DNA of 64,000 nt. Source: Azolla caroliniana. Its lineage: Eukaryota; Plantae; Polypodiophyta. Positions 53,301 to 64,000 of the stretch are shown piece by piece. Location: assembly GCA_043228905.1 (NCBI GenBank), contig JBHGNT010000005.1, positions 2,356,001-2,420,000 of the forward strand, read 5' to 3'. Position numbers and translations under genes: made by a program. The notes beneath the pieces were generated by a model. The model worked only from the letters and a program-made list of their open reading frames with translations, had not been told where the DNA came from and did not search any database. Numbering within the stretch: the stretch's first letter is position 1; each line of letters starts with the position of its first letter.

Positions 53301-54832
53301 ACTGTCCGGAAAGCCTGTGCAGAAAATAGATAGCTTTTCAAACGAAAGACAAAAGACACAGATAAGCTGTGTTAAAAAGAAGATAGAAATGCAGGATTTA
53401 GTGCGATACTGCACGAAATTGGATGGTTTGATAAACAGCACAAGAGATTCTATGTCAATGAAGGTAAAATATTCCACTGCAACAAGACCTTAAAACAAGT
53501 GTAAATCATTCCGAGAGACAAATGTATCATAGTTAAGAAAAAACGAAGCTCAAAATCAAGTTCTTGATGAAACTAGACGTCTTCCCTTGGTAAGTCTAGT
53601 AAATCTAAGTACACATAGAGATTTCTCGAGATAATGCAGCAAAAAAACAAGTTCTTCACACACTTCTGCAGAGGTTAGATGAATTCCATCAGTAACACCG
53701 ATAAACTTAACAAAATATGGTTCATAAATTCGCATTCTTGTCTGGTTTATAAACATTAAATCTAACAGGATCAGGTTCAGAAAATAATCACCTTCTCGTC
53801 CGATCTAGAAGCTTTAAAATCAAATAGAATCTGATCCATAAACTAACATTCTTGTCCGATAAATATTTCCTAAATCTAACAGAATCTCGTTTATATGATC
53901 ATATTCTTATCTAAACTGGAAATTTTCAATGTAACGGAATCTGGCCCATAAAAATCACATTCTCGTCTGATGTAGAAGATTTAGAAATGTTGATTATCTA
54001 TAATTCTTTCACACAGTAAACGTGCTTCTTTCACCATCAATAGATCTTTGTTCGTTCAATCCTGGTCTCGTGAAAACATTTTCAAGATATTTACATGATA
54101 TTCACGTGAACAAGAAACAGATAGAGAGACAGTGGAACGCAATAAACGTTTGAAACGTCATGAAAGTGTCAAGAAGAATCAGCAAAGAACGAAAAAAACT
54201 TCACATCATACAATGTAATGAAAAGGCAAAATAATTTTTTTCTGACCTATCTGTAGACGCACAATATAGTCTGTAATGGCTGAAACGCCATGAAAATCAT
54301 GAAGAAAATTGGCATAAATTTCAAATGCAGCGAAGAAGCGCGGGAAAGCTTGTATGGTCAAAATGCAGACGCAATGATTAGCCATGCCTGCTAACTTTAA
54401 CAAAGTTATGGTGGAAGATGGATCTTTCTCGATCATGGATGAATGCAATACATAGAGATACTATATTACTAGCAACATTAATGCTTAAACAAAATAAACA
54501 TTTCTTGATTGTTGTGAAAATGAGGCAATTCTATGATGGTTGGCGCGGCAGGAGAATCACGAAGAAACAGAAAAAACTTGAAATGATATTCAAATGTAAA
54601 GAAGCACCACAGGAAGTCCAATCTGTTCCATGGATGCATAGAAAAACGCGTGATCTGTGACGGTTGAAATTACGAACTTCCATGAAAAAACGTGAAAGGA
54701 TTAGGAGAGGAAGAAGAACAGGTACCAAAAACAGACATGGTAGAGAAGCAGTATTACTATGAAAAGAAGGAGAAACTCTAAACAGTCAGACATAAAGAGA
54801 TGGACTTACAGAGAGATCCGAGGTCGAGCCAT
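50328..54832 (-). CDS. P-class pentatricopeptide repeat protein (2 exons)
   Basis: Long exon 50328-52092 has ~35-aa repeats (VYSTMFRNLIRSGKFEKALEILKEMK..., TYKMLVKSMCKSNKIDEAMK..., IYNTLISDLCQEKKMDEAL...) and FFIWAGKQEGYEH. A 23-nt first exon, ATGGCTCGACCTCGGATCTCTCT|GTAAGT at 54810-54832, splices in frame. Confidence 0.92.
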
Positions 54833-54861
54833 CGTCGTCTGCGCAAAAGAGTTCCTTCTTA

Positions 54862-54943
54862 AAACCCTAAATCTCTGTATATGTAACCTAATACAAAATG
54901 TAAGTAAGACCGACTGACAACACTGCTTTAATTCTAGGGTTTT
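54862..54943. promoter_or_regulatory. Telo-box-like AAACCCTA motifs upstream of the PPR start
   Basis: aaaccctaa at about 54862 and tagggtttt at about 54935, within ~110 bp of the inferred ATG. Motif match only. Confidence 0.35.
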
Positions 54944-54995
54944 AGTTTTTTAGTCATAATCGTGGTTATATCTCATTAGCATAATCTCTTGTTGT

Positions 54996-55348
54996 TTCTC
55001 TAGTCTCAAAGAGAGCATGCTCGGGTTTTACTTCCAACATTTTCTTTGGTTTGCAGTTTTCCTAGACAAGCTCGACCAATCTCTACTCTCTATCATACAC
55101 ACTAGCAACATCATCCTATGCAACTTATCAGCATGTTTGTACATTGCTACGCCTTTGGTTCATGTCAAGCGCTCTCTAGTCTCAACGAGAGCATGCTCGA
55201 GTTTTACTTCCAGCATTTTCTTTGGTTTGCGGTTTGCCTGGACAAGCTCAATCAATCTCTATTCTCTATCACACACACTAGCAACATCATCCTATGCAAG
55301 ATATCAACATGTTTGTACATTGTTACGCCTTTGGTTCATGTCAAGCGT
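54996..55348. repeat. Tandem duplication, ~177-bp unit x2
   Basis: ctctagtctcaa.gagagcatgctcg...tacgcctttggttcatgtcaagcg occurs twice. Confidence 0.92.
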
Positions 55349-55759
55349 TAGACATCCTGCACTGCTCTGTCCGATCTGCCCCTAGGATAAAACATTACAT
55401 CAATGCCATACTAGTAGTTGGAAAATAGTAATGCCATGTCATTAGCTTGAAACTAATGATTATCTCCTAGAACGATGTTACATGAAGTAAGTTGTCGGCC
55501 ATCGAGAACATGCCATTGACCACATCAATAACTCTAAATGCACATACGATAGTGGCAAGTTAGCATGCATTGTGGAAGTTGTTCAATTAGTAGTAATGAT
55601 GCTTCATAACATCACTTCTATAATGGTGTTACTTTGGTTTTTTCCTCATAATTATATGTGTTTGTGACATATTTGATTCTGGAATGTTACAAAAGTTTTG
55701 CAAAACATTAATATACAAGGTTTTCCCTTGACTCAACCTCATTCATATTTTTTTATAAA

Positions 55760-58750
55760 GCAAGGTTTTGCTATCTAGACAACCTCTTCTCATTCTGGGA
55801 AGCAATAGCCCTTGCCAAGCGTATCAACAACAAGGTAGCAATGGTGCTACTAGATTTTAAGAAAGTATATGACAAGGTATGTTGGAACTTTCTAGAAAGT
55901 GTGATGGGGAAACTCGACTTTCAAGAGACATGGATCAAAGGCATTGCAGGACTTTATAGGAATGACAACAGTTGTGTTTCACTAGCAAGTGAAAGGGGCC
56001 CCTTTTTCCGAATATCTCAATCTGTACGACAGGGATGCCCACTAGCTCCATATTTCTATTATACGCTGAAGCACTCTCTTGCGTTCTCAACTCGCGACAT
56101 CTCAACCTACGTGGTCTTCCCGTACCTCATTCTCACCAAAGCATCTTGGATATAGAATTTGCAAATGACACAACGGTCTACCTACAAGGGGACTTGGAAA
56201 ACCTCCAAAAGCTAGAAAGTGGGCTAGTTGTATTTTGCAAGAGATTCAATGCCATGATCAATTGGCACAAATCTTGCGCAATATGGCTCTCTCAGGAAAC
56301 ACATCCGGTGTGGCACCCACGTCCCGCTTTCAAATGGATCAATCAAGGAGTGAGCACCAAATATTTGGGTTTCCAAATTGGTTTCAACATACCGTTGGAG
56401 ACTATGATTGCACCCGTTATCCATTCCATTCGACAAAAGTTGATACATTGGAGCTCGAAAAAACTGTCGTTAGTGGGTCGCATCATAGTGGCAAATCAGG
56501 TACTACTTGCAATAGCATGGTACAGTCTATCGTGTTGGACAATCTCCAAGGAAAGTATACATCAGATTCAACGACTGGTCCGCAACTACATTTGATCTGG
56601 TAATGAAGAGGTGCATGGGCAAGCCCGAACGGTCCCCTCGTCACAAGATGGCCGAACGTACAAGAAAGACACAAACACACACACAAAATGCTTGTACGCC
56701 TTTATGAGGAGGAGAGGTGCATGGGCAAGCCCGAAACGGTCCCTCGTCACAAGACGGTCGAACGTACACGAAAGACACAAACACACGCACAAATGCTCGT
56801 ACGTCTTTATGAGGAGGAGAGGTGCATGGGCATGCCCGAAACGCTCCCTCGTCACAAGACGACCAAACGTACAAGGAAGACACGAATAAAGAAAGAAGGA
56901 GAGAAAGAAACACGAATGATATCGACCAAAGAGATAAATACGTGTTTAATTCCAACGCAAGAGGACCCTTTATAAAATAGGGTTTTGTTTACAATGGCAA
57001 CTTATAGTTAACCACAAGCTCAATCAAAACATAAATATTAAATGCCCTCAGAGACAAAAGCAAATCCGAACACGGCGAAGATGAACACACGAGCACGAAC
57101 CACGACCACCCGAATGGCGAGCACACGGGCTCGCAATGACGAACGGGGCGGAGCAACGTCGAGCCAATGAAACTTGGGCTCACGAGCACTTCGAGTGCCG
57201 ACACGAAGAAGACGAACACGTGGCGATGGGGGGATGAAGGGGTATGAGATGAAGAGAAGTGATGAATAAAAAGATGAAGAGCTTCGAAGGAAAATTGGCG
57301 ATAGTCTCCTCCTCCCAAAACGTCTTCCCGAATGAGCCCCCCTCAACCTCCTTTTATAGGAAAAAAGAAGGGGGGGTCGCCAAATTTGTCTAAATGAAAA
57401 AGGAATAAAATTCCTTAAATCACACTACATGGTAAGACTAGATTTGAACCATGTACCTCTAACTAGTAGTCAATGTCACTTTCCACTAACCCACTAACTC
57501 TCGCTTTAACAATATATAATTTTATCTCTATAACTTCTTAGTTTGTGTCTCCTCTGCATTTTATCTCTCTTCTCTCTTACTTTTTGCACGGGCTTCTATG
57601 TATCCTTTCCACTCTTTCTTTTCCCTTTTATTTTGCATATGCACAACTAATCGCTTTGTATGCACACACATTGCACATGCACATTTTTGACCCCCCCTTT
57701 CGCCGGTTTTTCCCACTCTCGAGCACGCCACATCACGACAACGTAAGATCAGTTGGGACCTTTTGCAATGGACATGGCGTGATCCCTACGCGGGGCAAGG
57801 AAGCAAACCCATCCCTTTCTTCCAATTCACAACTAGATTGGGTCACCACATTCTAGCTGGTCAAACCGCCCGAGAGTTAGCTGTTGCGAAGGTCTAGCAC
57901 ACATTTCAAGTTCCTCCCACAATAATCACCAAGTTTTGGCGGAAAATCTGGAAACAACAACACGTGAGGCGAATTACCACGTTCTAATGGCTATTAATAC
58001 ATAAGTCCCTACCGGTGGGAGCATGGCAACGTGGGAACCTTAGCTCTCCTAATTGTGTAGAGTGCCCACATGCAGTAGAATCAATACGACACGCTTTATG
58101 GGACTGCCCAACGTCCCATCGAATATGGCGAGGGGTTGGCCACTTGTTACAATTATGCCAGGTGCAAGGCTCAATCAAGTGGGGAAATATATGCAGTAGA
58201 ATCGATACGACACGCTCTATGGGACTACCCAACGTCCCATCAAATATGGCAGGGGGTTGGCCGCTTGTTGCAATTATGCCAGGTGCAAGGCTCAATCAAG
58301 TGGGGAAATATATGTTGGCTATCATGGCAGACCGCAGTTGGCAGATACGAGCATTAAGAGGAGGGGATGACTTTGGTGATAAAAGCACAAGAGGTATTTT
58401 TCTCCTCTAGGGGCAATGTCCACTCCACTCCTCTTAATGACAAATCTCAAGAGGTTTTGGAATTGGTCAACCCAATAACTCTTTGGATTCTATGGAAACA
58501 ACGATGTAGGTGAGTCTTCTCCAACCAAACCGCACATCCAACAAGGTTATTGCAAGAGATATGGAGTGAAGTTGCAGCCACTTTGAAGAGACAATATGAT
58601 GGCCTTAAGGGCGGCTCCGATGGAGTTGAAAGACAATGAATAGCCTTCATCCAACAATGGTTGTCCTCTCCCTTATTTGAGTCAGTGGGCATCCACATAA
58701 GATGGAACTATCGCGTCCCTACAGGGATTTGTACATAATCGTCTCATTTG
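55760..58750 (+). mobile_element. Degenerate L1-clade LINE ORF2 (RT and zf-RVT), interrupted by an insertion at about 56608-57720
   Basis: LLDFKKVYDKVCWNFL, SVRQGCPLAPY, EFANDT (FADD), KYLGFQIG, KLSLVGRIIVANQVL, then after the insertion FWRKIWK...CVECPHAVESIRHALWDC (locally duplicated) and TLWILWKQRC. Confidence 0.88.
56608..56885. repeat. Tandem repeat, ~105-bp unit x~2.7, at one end of the inserted element
   Basis: gaggtgcatgggca.gcccgaa.cg..ccctcgtcacaaga...aacgtac..gaaagacac occurs at about 56608, 56714 and 56819. Confidence 0.92.
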
Positions 58751-61623
58751 TAAAATTTTATAACTAATGGAAGGAGTTTTTTTTGGAAAAAAAGAAGAAA
58801 AAAAGAAGAAGAAGGTTTTACTATCAAAGTGGAGTGAGGTCCAGGAGATAAGTGGTAGAGGAAACTTCAAGGCCTGATTCACAAACCACCATGTTTGTAA
58901 GTATGCTTGGTAAACGCTATCGATGAATCTAAGAATGAGCTCAATTCATTGTCAAAATGAGGTGTTTTATTGTCATGGAGGAATCAAGAATTGCATGTAT
59001 TTAAAGTTGAGAAGTACTCCAATGTGCAACCATAAATGTGTGGATTATGATTCTAGAATGCATAATGAACCATAATGCATTACAATCCTACGTATGGTTG
59101 TTTTACAAAATGGGAAACATCATTAAAAAGTCAATGTTATCAAATTCTCTTGTATCAGTATTTCCCCATGTGTGTGTGCACATGCACGCTATTAGGTTTG
59201 AGGTGTTATTTTGTATTCTGAGAGCTTGTGATAAAGGGTGAATTTTAAGGGATACTTTTATTAGCTTATGGGAAAGGAGAACTATTTTGGCCAAATATCC
59301 CCTCTACAAAATATTTAAAGCTCTACTACACACTAAAAAATTAACTCAAAGCTTTCGGGTTCTTGAAGATCTACTAAAAGAATGGTTTTCAATCCTTTAT
59401 AGGAGATTATAATTTGAGTTTAGAAGGTTTTGTATTCATTAAAGATGGCCTTGTTTGCTATTTGTACACAAGGGTGTTAAATTTTAATCCATTAACCATA
59501 AGTTTTCAACATGCTAAAACAAAATCTTGTGCTCTAGAGTCTAGACTAAGTACTAAGAACATGTGTTGCTAGCTTCTTGAAAACATGATGCATAAGTTAG
59601 AGGAAAGATATAGTCATCAAAGTAAGAAACATATTGATGAGTGGAGTGTGGGATTTCAAAATTTTCAAACTTCTCATTTAGTAAATTGACAAATTTAGAA
59701 TGGTTTATGAGAATTGATGAAGTATGTGTGATGAGTTTATTGATTTATTAAATGATGATAACTCTCTTGATTTCTATGTAATGGCTATGGTTTGACATTT
59801 TGTGAGACTCCAAATAGTAACGTCCCAATGCAATATCAACACATAACAATTTCTAGAGGTCGTGGATAAAGATGCAAAAGCATAGTATGAATGAAGCACG
59901 ATGTTATAAGGCATGCCAAAGAGTGAGATTTGGGTATTTATGTGTATGTTAGGTGTATCCAATGGTGTATTGTGAGGCCATATTGAAATTGATGTGATAT
60001 GACATCCCAAAGAGTGAGATTTGGGAATTTGTGGGTATATTAGGTATATGCAATGGTGTATTGTGAGGCCATATTGAATTTTACTCAAGATAGATCTTGT
60101 TGTCCACCTTGGTCTCTTATTCAAAGGCACTAATTAAAAGTTCTCTTCGATTTATGAGGGAGCTATGGGGAACAAGAGGATTGCAATATTCTATTGTTAA
60201 TATGATTAAACTAGATTCATTACACACTGTCCAAAAAACGTCTTTTGGGTGATCAAACGCATACATTCTATAAAAAATTAAATGGATGCACTTGGAAATC
60301 ATGTTCTCTTGCAAGCTTTGACCAATGCATTACTTTGAATTTTTATGTGAAAGAAAAAATGTTGTTATTGAAAAGATATTTCTTGGCTAGGATATTTTGA
60401 TTCATATGTCCATTTAATGTAAATTGTTGAATTATTTAAGCCATGTAGAAAACCTACTTTTTTTACATTGACAATTTGACTTGGTACAATTGGATCTCTA
60501 CTCTTTAGATGGGCTCCTATGTAGCACATTGGTGAAAATCAGAACACTTTGTGGATTGATTTTATCAATAAAAATCACCCATAGACAAGAATCCGTTGGT
60601 AAATAGTTTGTCAATATTAGAATAGGTACTAGTGTTTGTGAACATTTAGATATTGACCCCCTAAAGTTTGTATTGAAAACATTAAGGTCAAATTATGATT
60701 AAGGCAATAAATAGATATAAAATGCGATAAAGCCAAGGCATTTAGAGGTTGATAAAGTACTCAAGTCTACCTACCACTTCAATGATCACGAGTCTCATCA
60801 CATTCCTATTTTTGATAAAGTTCTTTGTAATCGGAGAACAATAGACCCTAGAATTTGTCATTGTTTTTTTAACCTATAAATTCGTATCCACCAGTTGACG
60901 CATTGAGAGATTACAAGGGTAGTTGGACATCTATAATTGATGGTTGTCTATCAAGAGTAATGTCAAGTTGAGAAACACTTATACATAGGAGATACTCAAG
61001 ATAACTCATATGCAACGACCCAATCATAGCATGTCAATTTTCTTTGTGTAGATTGAATGTCCATGCATGTCTACATCATGATTTTACCTAAAGAAGAAAA
61101 TATTCTTTATGAATACTTGATTAGATATACTCCTAGTATGTCAATAAAGGAACCGAGTTTGCCTTTGACGTATAATGTGGAGCCCATGTAAGATCATTAA
61201 TTTTGTTTGTTTTATTGTTCTCAATGTAATTAGCGGGAGTGCATTAATTTGTCATTTTCACATCAATATGTCAAATCAACAATTATCAATTAGTTAAGTT
61301 CGAGAAAAATATCTGAAATAAAACTAGGACTCATTAGGAGAAAAGAACAAGGAATGAAATGATGGGGCATGTGTGAAGTTCCTTTTCGAGGGACTTGGAA
61401 TTATTATAGTAATAAAAAATCCATTCTCCAAGAAAATTTGAATTAAGGCATGCCACTACTAGTCAAGCTGAATTAGATACCAGATTCTATTGAGAAGACA
61501 TTTCTCTAAGAAACAATGATGTAGCAGACCAAGATATTGCTTGATGCCCAATAAATCAATACACAAATTATGGCTTCATGACTTTGTAAATTAATGTGCC
61601 CAATATAATAAAAAGCAAAACAC

Positions 61624-61626
<3 letters not shown>

Positions 61627-61676
<50 letters not shown>
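61627..61676. repeat. (AG)n microsatellite
   Basis: About 25 AG units. Confidence 0.98.
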
Positions 61677-61679
<3 letters not shown>

Positions 61680-62113
61680 TTTTACAGTTACTCATAAAAA
61701 ATAAAACATACAAATTTTACAAAAACTTTTCAAATAAGGCTCATTAGATTGCCTCTTTATGAGTTAGTGATACAAAATAGGACAGTCTCTTTAGATTGTG
61801 CTAATACAAATAGGAGTGTCACTTTAGGGTGGGAGTACTAGTAAAAAAACAAAGAGGCTTATAAAAAGAGCTGAATGGAATTCTTTATCCAACAAAAGGG
61901 CATGCAAGGGATAGAGCATAAGTTAAATTTGAGGAGGCCAAATGAATATTCGCGAAATTTAGACAACACATAAATGTTAACTTCAAGGGATCTTGTCCGA
62001 GGCTAGCGACATTTAAAGATTTTCCTTAAGTTTCATTGGAAGAACCCTAATAGCGATCTTAGAGAGAGAGAGAGAGATTTGGAGTATGCGTGCAAACTTA
62101 AAGTTGGTGTGCT

Positions 62114-64000
62114 CTAAGGGATCCTAGGGAAGTTTATAGATCGCCTAGCCTTGACATTGACCTCGCTAGTTTTGGTCATGGGTAACATGGAAGTTGAAGA
62201 AGAGGAGCGGCGACGGACATTGACAGGAAGTCCCTCCAACATTTTGAGAGTGATGGCAATGCCATAGTAGGGTTCGAAGTCTGGGTGGGCGAGCGAGATT
62301 CGGAAGCGGCGGATGATGGCAGCTGCCGCACACTTCATCTGGAGGATGGCCATATCCTTACCTATACATGTGCGCGGGCCTCCTTGGAACACCGGGAACT
62401 TGTATGGACTTACTTGCACAAACGTGCCTACATTGTCCTCGTCACCCGCGATTGTGTCAGTCTTTTCGAGCCATCGTTCAGGTTTGAACTCATGGCAGTC
62501 GGAGCCCCATATTTTGTCCATTCGTGCCACGGCATACGCATTGTATATCAGGTGTGTTTTCTTGGCGACTTTGGTCCCGTTGGGTAGCACATCCGCCTCC
62601 TCCACGAGCTTTATGTCATGAGGCACGGGAGGATACAATCTTAGCCCTTCGTGTATGGCAGCATGGAGATAAGTCATCCCCTTCAGCTCATCATATGTGA
62701 ACTCTTCTTCCTCTTCTTCCTCGTCTTCACTTTGCATATCTTGACTATGCTCTTGACCAATGTTGTACACTCCATCATATTCATTCACACTAGACTTCTC
62801 ACTTCGCTTAACTTGCGTGGACTCATCACCAAACTTATCCCCAGCTAAATCATGCTCAAAATGGCCACTCTTAGCTTGGCCTGATTTCTCCCCACCCACA
62901 TACATACCTTGACCATACAAGGCTTGACTACACTCATCCTCAATAATTATATGCTTCTTGACTTGGCCACACTCCTTCTCATCTTCTACATGGTTTGCTT
63001 GACCAAATTCATGCACCACATCCAAATGAACCCTATGACCAAGCTTCACCTCACCTTGCTTACATTGCTTACCTTGTTCACCATCTTGACCAGGCTCTGT
63101 TACCGTCATCATCTTCTTCGATTCCGCATCGCCATGAAGACCATCGCAGGGATCAGGAGCTATTTTTGCACTGTGATTCTTCTTCTTCTTTGCCGACTCC
63201 TCCAGGGAAGGCTTCTTCCGCATTTGCAGCACTCTAGTTACCTCGTCATAGATTTTTTCTTCTATATGAGGGTGTTTGATAAGCAACCAGAAGAACCAAG
63301 TCAACCCAACAGAGGAGGAATCCCTCCCAGCTACCATGAAGCTAATGCTAGTGTCACGAAGGAACTCATCTTTCTTCCGATCCTCTGACAGATATAGCTT
63401 CTCGTAATCACCAGCATATTGCTTCTTGTCTTCTCCCACTTTCTTATCTGTCTCATTAAATTGCACCATACTCATTAATCTTGATAAAAGATCACATGCT
63501 TCTTGCCTATCCTTCATCAGGTGTTCTTTTTTCCGCCTTGCGATCACATTCATGGCGAAGCTATGCACCACATGTAGGGCTTCGGAGAGCTTCCTCTCGG
63601 GGCCCACATTCATGGCCCTGGCGAACTTCCATAGCCAGTTGGGCAAGAAGAACCTCTTGAGGATGAGCTCCGAGGCGTCATCAAACGCCTGCACTAGAGG
63701 CCCATTCTCTAAAGACAAGTCTAGACAGGCTGGGTCTACACCCAGGGTCACTTGGCACACATTATCAAAAGCAAATTTCATAAAGATGTCTTGTAAATCT
63801 ATACTCATTGCCGGAGACGATGAGCATGCTTCTTTCAAGACTGGGACAAGGCGATTCGTGACCTCATTCTGGACAGTGCGGAGGATGAAGGTCTTAAGAG
63901 AATGTGCCGAGAAGCCATTGATTGTCATCTTCCTTTGGAACTTCCATTGGTCTCCGTCCGTATTAAAGATGCTGTCCCCTAACATGTCTTCCATGACCAT
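62114..64000 (-). CDS. Cytochrome P450, CYP86 clan (CYP94-like fatty-acid/oxylipin hydroxylase); N-terminus outside the window; large internal insertion
   Basis: DMLGDSIFNTDGDQWKFQRK, DLQDIFMKFAFDNVC, I-helix AGRDSSS, K-helix EGLRLYPPVP, FKPERW and heme motif FQGGPRTCIG. No intron within the window. Confidence 0.93.
   Translation of the reverse strand: MVMEDMLGDSIFNTDGDQWKFQRKMTINGFSAHSLKTFILRTVQNEVTNRLVPVLKEACSSSPAMSIDLQDIFMKFAFDNVCQVTLGVDPACLDLSLENGPLVQAFDDASELILKRFFLPNWLWKFARAMNVGPERKLSEALHVVHSFAMNVIARRKKEHLMKDRQEACDLLSRLMSMVQFNETDKKVGEDKKQYAGDYEKLYLSEDRKKDEFLRDTSISFMVAGRDSSSVGLTWFFWLLIKHPHIEEKIYDEVTRVLQMRKKPSLEESAKKKKNHSAKIAPDPCDGLHGDAESKKMMTVTEPGQDGEQGKQCKQGEVKLGHRVHLDVVHEFGQANHVEDEKECGQVKKHIIIEDECSQALYGQGMYVGGEKSGQAKSGHFEHDLAGDKFGDESTQVKRSEKSSVNEYDGVYNIGQEHSQDMQSEDEEEEEEEFTYDELKGMTYLHAAIHEGLRLYPPVPHDIKLVEEADVLPNGTKVAKKTHLIYNAYAVARMDKIWGSDCHEFKPERWLEKTDTIAGDEDNVGTFVQVSPYKFPVFQGGPRTCIGKDMAILQMKCAAAAIIRRFRISLAHPDFEPYYGIAITLKMLEGLPVNVRRRSSSSTSMLPMTKTSEVNVKARRSINFPRIP

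Noticed and set aside
58900-61600. AT-rich, CpG-depleted intergenic stretch suspected to be an old DNA transposon
   Set aside because: No diagnostic motif, TIR or TSD could be identified by eye.
62285-63388. Antisense + strand ORFs over the P450 (similar ones overlap CSE, EXO and PPR)
   Set aside because: Shadow ORFs of GC-richer coding sequence with no recognisable motifs.
10305-64000. CSE plus P450 plus secreted proteins as a biosynthetic gene cluster
   Set aside because: They are ~50 kb apart and separated by housekeeping genes (CCT8, PFK, PPR). No shared pathway or co-regulation is visible.

Overview
Gene-rich eukaryotic nuclear window from a land plant, most likely a fern. That assignment is inferred from the fern-like plastid ndhD fragment, abundant (GA)n/(CT)n microsatellites and the gene structures. 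Nine protein-coding genes were reconstructed by hand from splice sites: the 3' end of FCF1/UTP24 (+), MOCS3/CNX5/UBA4 (-), caffeoyl shikimate esterase CSE (-), an EXORDIUM/PHI-1-like gene (+), chaperonin CCT8 (-), a secreted 14-Cys defensin-like protein with a Ser/Pro/Thr tail (+), an ATP-dependent PFK (+), a P-class PPR protein (-) and a 5'-truncated CYP86-clan P450 (-). Intergenic DNA holds decayed LINEs, a Copia relic, solo LTRs, a tRNA-derived SINE family and many local tandem duplications. The most notable observations are a ~170-aa in-frame insertion in the P450, the expanded defensin/AGP-like chimera, a psaC-ndhD plastid insertion inside a MOCS3 intron that may retain unedited RNA-editing codons, a probable U12-type intron, twin intronic hairpins, and a microsatellite-associated SINE with a solo LTR nested in it. 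No database searches were possible, so all family assignments come from recalled motifs.
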